DNA from: Balanoglossus misakiensis
Lineage: Eukaryota > Animalia > Hemichordata
DNA: 64,000 nucleotides
Direction of reading: 5' to 3'
NCBI GenBank assembly: GCA_040954595.2
Contig: CM082578.2
Coordinates: 18,370,728 to 18,434,727, forward strand
Part shown: in pieces, positions 60,501 to 64,000 of the stretch
Layout: each line of letters begins with the position of its first letter
How positions within the stretch are numbered: position 1 is the first letter of the stretch
The notes under the pieces: generated by a model
The model's input: the letters and a program-made list of their open reading frames with translations, nothing else
The model's database searches: none
Told to the model about the DNA's origin: nothing
Position numbers and translations under genes: made by a program

Positions 60501-63411
60501 ATTAATTGAAATAAAGGAAATACTTACAAGAAAAGTTGAAATGGTTGTCCATGATATTTCACAGATTCATCCATGTTCATGAATTCAAACAACAAAATTA
60601 ATTAGTGTGGCCTAAATTGTAACCGATAGCTGTTACATGTATTTTTTGAAATATTGGATTCTGCAGATTTTCATTACTATGCAACTTGAATAGGATTAGG
60701 TATTTTTTATCATGGCTGAATTTTTTCCCCCCATGTTCCAGGGTTTTCCTATATTAAATATGTACATGACTGTATAATCCAACATTGAGAGTAATCAGTG
60801 ACTGATATGCATGATGGGATGTGTATGACTGAGAGAAGCAAAAGTACTGCAGCAGGTGTACATTGCTTCAACCAAGAGAATTAAATTTTGATCCTGTGAT
60901 ATGTCTTGGTGTTCCTCATTGTTACGGTTTTATATAGGTCAGATTAATGCCTTTGTGTTTCTTATATGGTGTGGATTGAATGAGGCCACGAAAGGTTTGG
61001 ACTTTCTGTGGAGAAGCTATCGTGTCCTGGAGTCCTCACTCGCAAAATCTACATAACACAGTCACTTGTGGAGTACTTAAGTTGTGACCGAGTTTATCCA
61101 CAGGATCCACTACATGGCTCTTATGTCACTCACCATTTCAGTGATTGGATATATTATTGATGTCTTAGGTGGGTAATGTTCTGATGCAAAGCTTTCCCAA
61201 TAATGTGTTAGCAGATGAAAGAATGCTTGACATGTTTCCTTTTCACAATTCAACATTTTTTCCTTCTTATGGGATATTTTTGTTATATTCTCTCTCTCTT
61301 ATTTTTGCTATCCTGATTTTTTAATGTGGCTCACCTAGTCCATGCCTCTTCATTTTATGCTTGCAAATCAAGTTAGGTTTGAGTTTTAATGCAGTACAGG
61401 TGTTGTCATTTGGAGTTTTTGACTACAGTAGTTGTTGAAACCTCATTACATGCAAACGGATGGCGTTTCCAATTAGATTATTTTAAAGTGCTTGTAATTA
61501 GCATGTTTATGCTGGATTTTTGACAAAACTATTAGTTACAAAATTGTACACCCTACTTCTGAACGTCATACTTTACAATAGATTTGCCACATGGTACTGT
61601 GATATAGGAGGGATGCACGTTACTAGTACCTCCCCCACCCCCCCCCCCCCACACCCAACCTTTCCCCAACCACACACAGCCAAGAGAGCGTATAGGGATA
61701 CAGCAGCAGCATAAGTCTGTGTCCTGTATAGTTCAACTGTTCAGCCATCGACAGCCCGCACAAGTTGTTGGCGCAACCTTCGTAGGGCAAAGATCAGGCT
61801 GTTCAGCCATTTGAATTTAGTTTTTGGTTAACCATGGTCATAGGTCGACATGGGGTTGAGGTTCAAAGGGTAAACCTGTTCAGCAGTGGTGTACTGGTGT
61901 TTTTTCTTGTAAAGTGTGCTCCGTCTCTGTGCGTCACCTGCTATTCCACTTTTGATTGCCTCGGCGTGACATCACCGCCTGTAGAGCACAGGATGTGGGC
62001 AGAGAAGGGGAACTACTTTTCCACGAGCAAATATCAGTCTCGGTCATTCACTCTTCATTCACTCTACCCTCTCTGCTTGATTGGCTTCATATTTCTTCCC
62101 ATGTATAATTTAATAGTCCATTCCAGGGGCAATCACACATGTGAAAATATGACTCTGAAATCGGTAATGGAGTGGATTTTTTTTTACCCTTTTAACAATT
62201 ATGATTTCAAGGCACTTGTCATTCCACGAGAATTTTGTGCCATAGTTTTCATCATTTAATGCAGTTCGTCAGTTCGTCAATATAAGGCAGTCCACAAGCA
62301 GTGTATCTGTACTGTGTGATCTTATTGAATTCATCTGATAACTGTTCAAATTGTCATTCACATTACAGAAACGGCAAATAATCTGATTGAGCGTGCAAGG
62401 TGTAATGTATTTTTAGCCTTATTGAATATTAGTTTAGGGTGGGATCAATTGACAATGTCTTTCCACGGGACCTCCTTGAAGCTTCTCCAAATGGCCATCG
62501 GCAATGAAATGGAATATGGAAAGTAATTGAATCAACGTTTATTATGAGTCTGTTATGTGGGGAGGCTGAACCAGCATAAATTCACCTTATCTAGAGGAGG
62601 AATTAATGTCCCAAGCACTCAGATGACATTTAGAATGCGCGGAGCAGTCGGTCGACAAAGCAACACTGCCTGATAGGTTAAACGCACTTTTCATATTAAT
62701 ATGTCATACACAAATTGAGCTTCTCAAGCAAGGACAGACAGAGATGTCCAATGTTGAAACAGGTTGTCACTTGTCATTAGCACACTTTTCACAGGTGTGC
62801 ATTTCAATTATGAAGATGGGGTATAAAATGGATATTGGCATTGAAATTTGAGCAAACGCTCTGAGGTGACGTTCATTTGAAGGATGTTTGTTGTGAGGGA
62901 TGTTAGCCATGTTATTGTGCTGGAACGTTCGACCTTGCCGGCCTGCTCATATGCAGTTAATGATCCGGTAAAGTTCTCGGTTCAGTTGGGCCTGTCATAT
63001 TAATTTTTCTCCCATATTCATTAGCGACAGTATTAATCTGAAGGTATGTTTTTCAACCTTAAATGCGGTATGGGTTGAGCAGACACTGAAAATTATCACC
63101 CCAGCTGTGGTTCAGTTTACACGTGTTCGAACAAAGCAGAATATGTGGTGTTCTGATTATGACAGTTTTAAAGTGTTTCATGTCAACCAATAATATTATT
63201 ATGTGAATCTTGTTATCATTTCAGATGGATGCCCGCAACCACTTCAGTCTATAATCAGCTTTGAAAATCCGCAATCATTAAATTTAATTCGGGAAAAACA
63301 GAATTCCACTGTATTGATTGAATGTAACAAAAAGTTAATCATTGATTGCGTTCTTGCTCCACACTAAATATTGTCTTTCTCTTTCTAATCGATAAAGGAT
63401 CATATTTTGTG

Positions 63412-64000
63412 ATTATTAATCCCCACGGATATAGACTGATGGATTGGGCTCCCTCTGTTCATTCATATGGAGCCCTGACTCGACATGGCTGGACCAATTG
63501 CATTCAAACTTGGTACAAACTATAGACAATGTACTAAGATTAACATTCATGTTACTTTATTTTGCTTCATAAGGGCTGATGACTAGGGTGGCCATTTGTA
63601 ATGATCTTTTCATGTCTGGTAGCCATTACGCAGACAGTCTGAACATATTTTATTCAAACTTGGCATACATGTACGGACAATGTACCATGGTACACGTCTT
63701 CCCCCCCCCTTTGCCAGAGAGAAAAGAATCCAAATATTCTAGCAAATGGACACCCCCCCCCCATCGACCAGTCCACCCCCTTGTACCAATTTGTGTGCCC
63801 CCTCTCCCCCTCCATGTCACAGATCAACACTGATAGTGATGAGTGCAAGCTTTACTTTACCCTCAGATCTAATCCTGAATTTGTACACAAGTACAGTCTG
63901 TACAAAAGAGAGATGCATGACCCAGAATACATTAGACCAAATTAAGGTGGACATTGCCTGGAAGCATGAGAAACAAATCGGTATACCAGGTCTGGGCATT
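63412..64000 (+). mobile_element. Helentron-associated-like element with ~150-bp internal tandem units (may run off the window)
   Basis: attcaaacttgg...gacaatgtac at 63502 and 63652 (150-bp period), with a weaker unit near 63872. Confidence 0.45.

Noticed and set aside
1-64000. tRNA, rRNA, CRISPR arrays, transposase or reverse-transcriptase ORFs
   Set aside because: None recognisable by eye; the window is eukaryotic and no ORF carries such motifs

Overview
AT-rich animal (metazoan) genomic DNA, probably from an invertebrate; the taxon is an inference from repeat types and gene structure. The only recognisable protein-coding gene is a complete cytoplasmic isoleucyl-tRNA synthetase (IARS1) on the + strand. 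It has 26 coding exons (5614-22341, 3816 nt, 1271 aa), a probable non-coding first exon ending at 3906, and one GC-AG intron. The longest coding intron (16447-20316) carries candidate alternative exons that could produce an enzyme lacking the C-terminal UNE-I repeats. A second CpG-rich promoter and first-exon candidate lies at about 25.8-28.1 kb. The remaining ~36 kb looks intronic or intergenic and holds MITEs, Helentron-like repeats and microsatellites. The most striking non-genic signal is three non-coding elements (4.9, 29.1 and 55.2 kb) with little sequence similarity but one architecture: a long palindrome next to a segment bounded by inverted repeats. In each palindrome, symmetric CGAG/CGAG-type mismatches and a GCA or GATA apex loop fit a strand-specific single-stranded DNA hairpin. 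One copy has a flipped centre and another has a perfect 56-bp inverted end duplication. Most ORFs in the supplied track are spurious or are IARS1 exon fragments. All alignments and base-pairing were done by eye.
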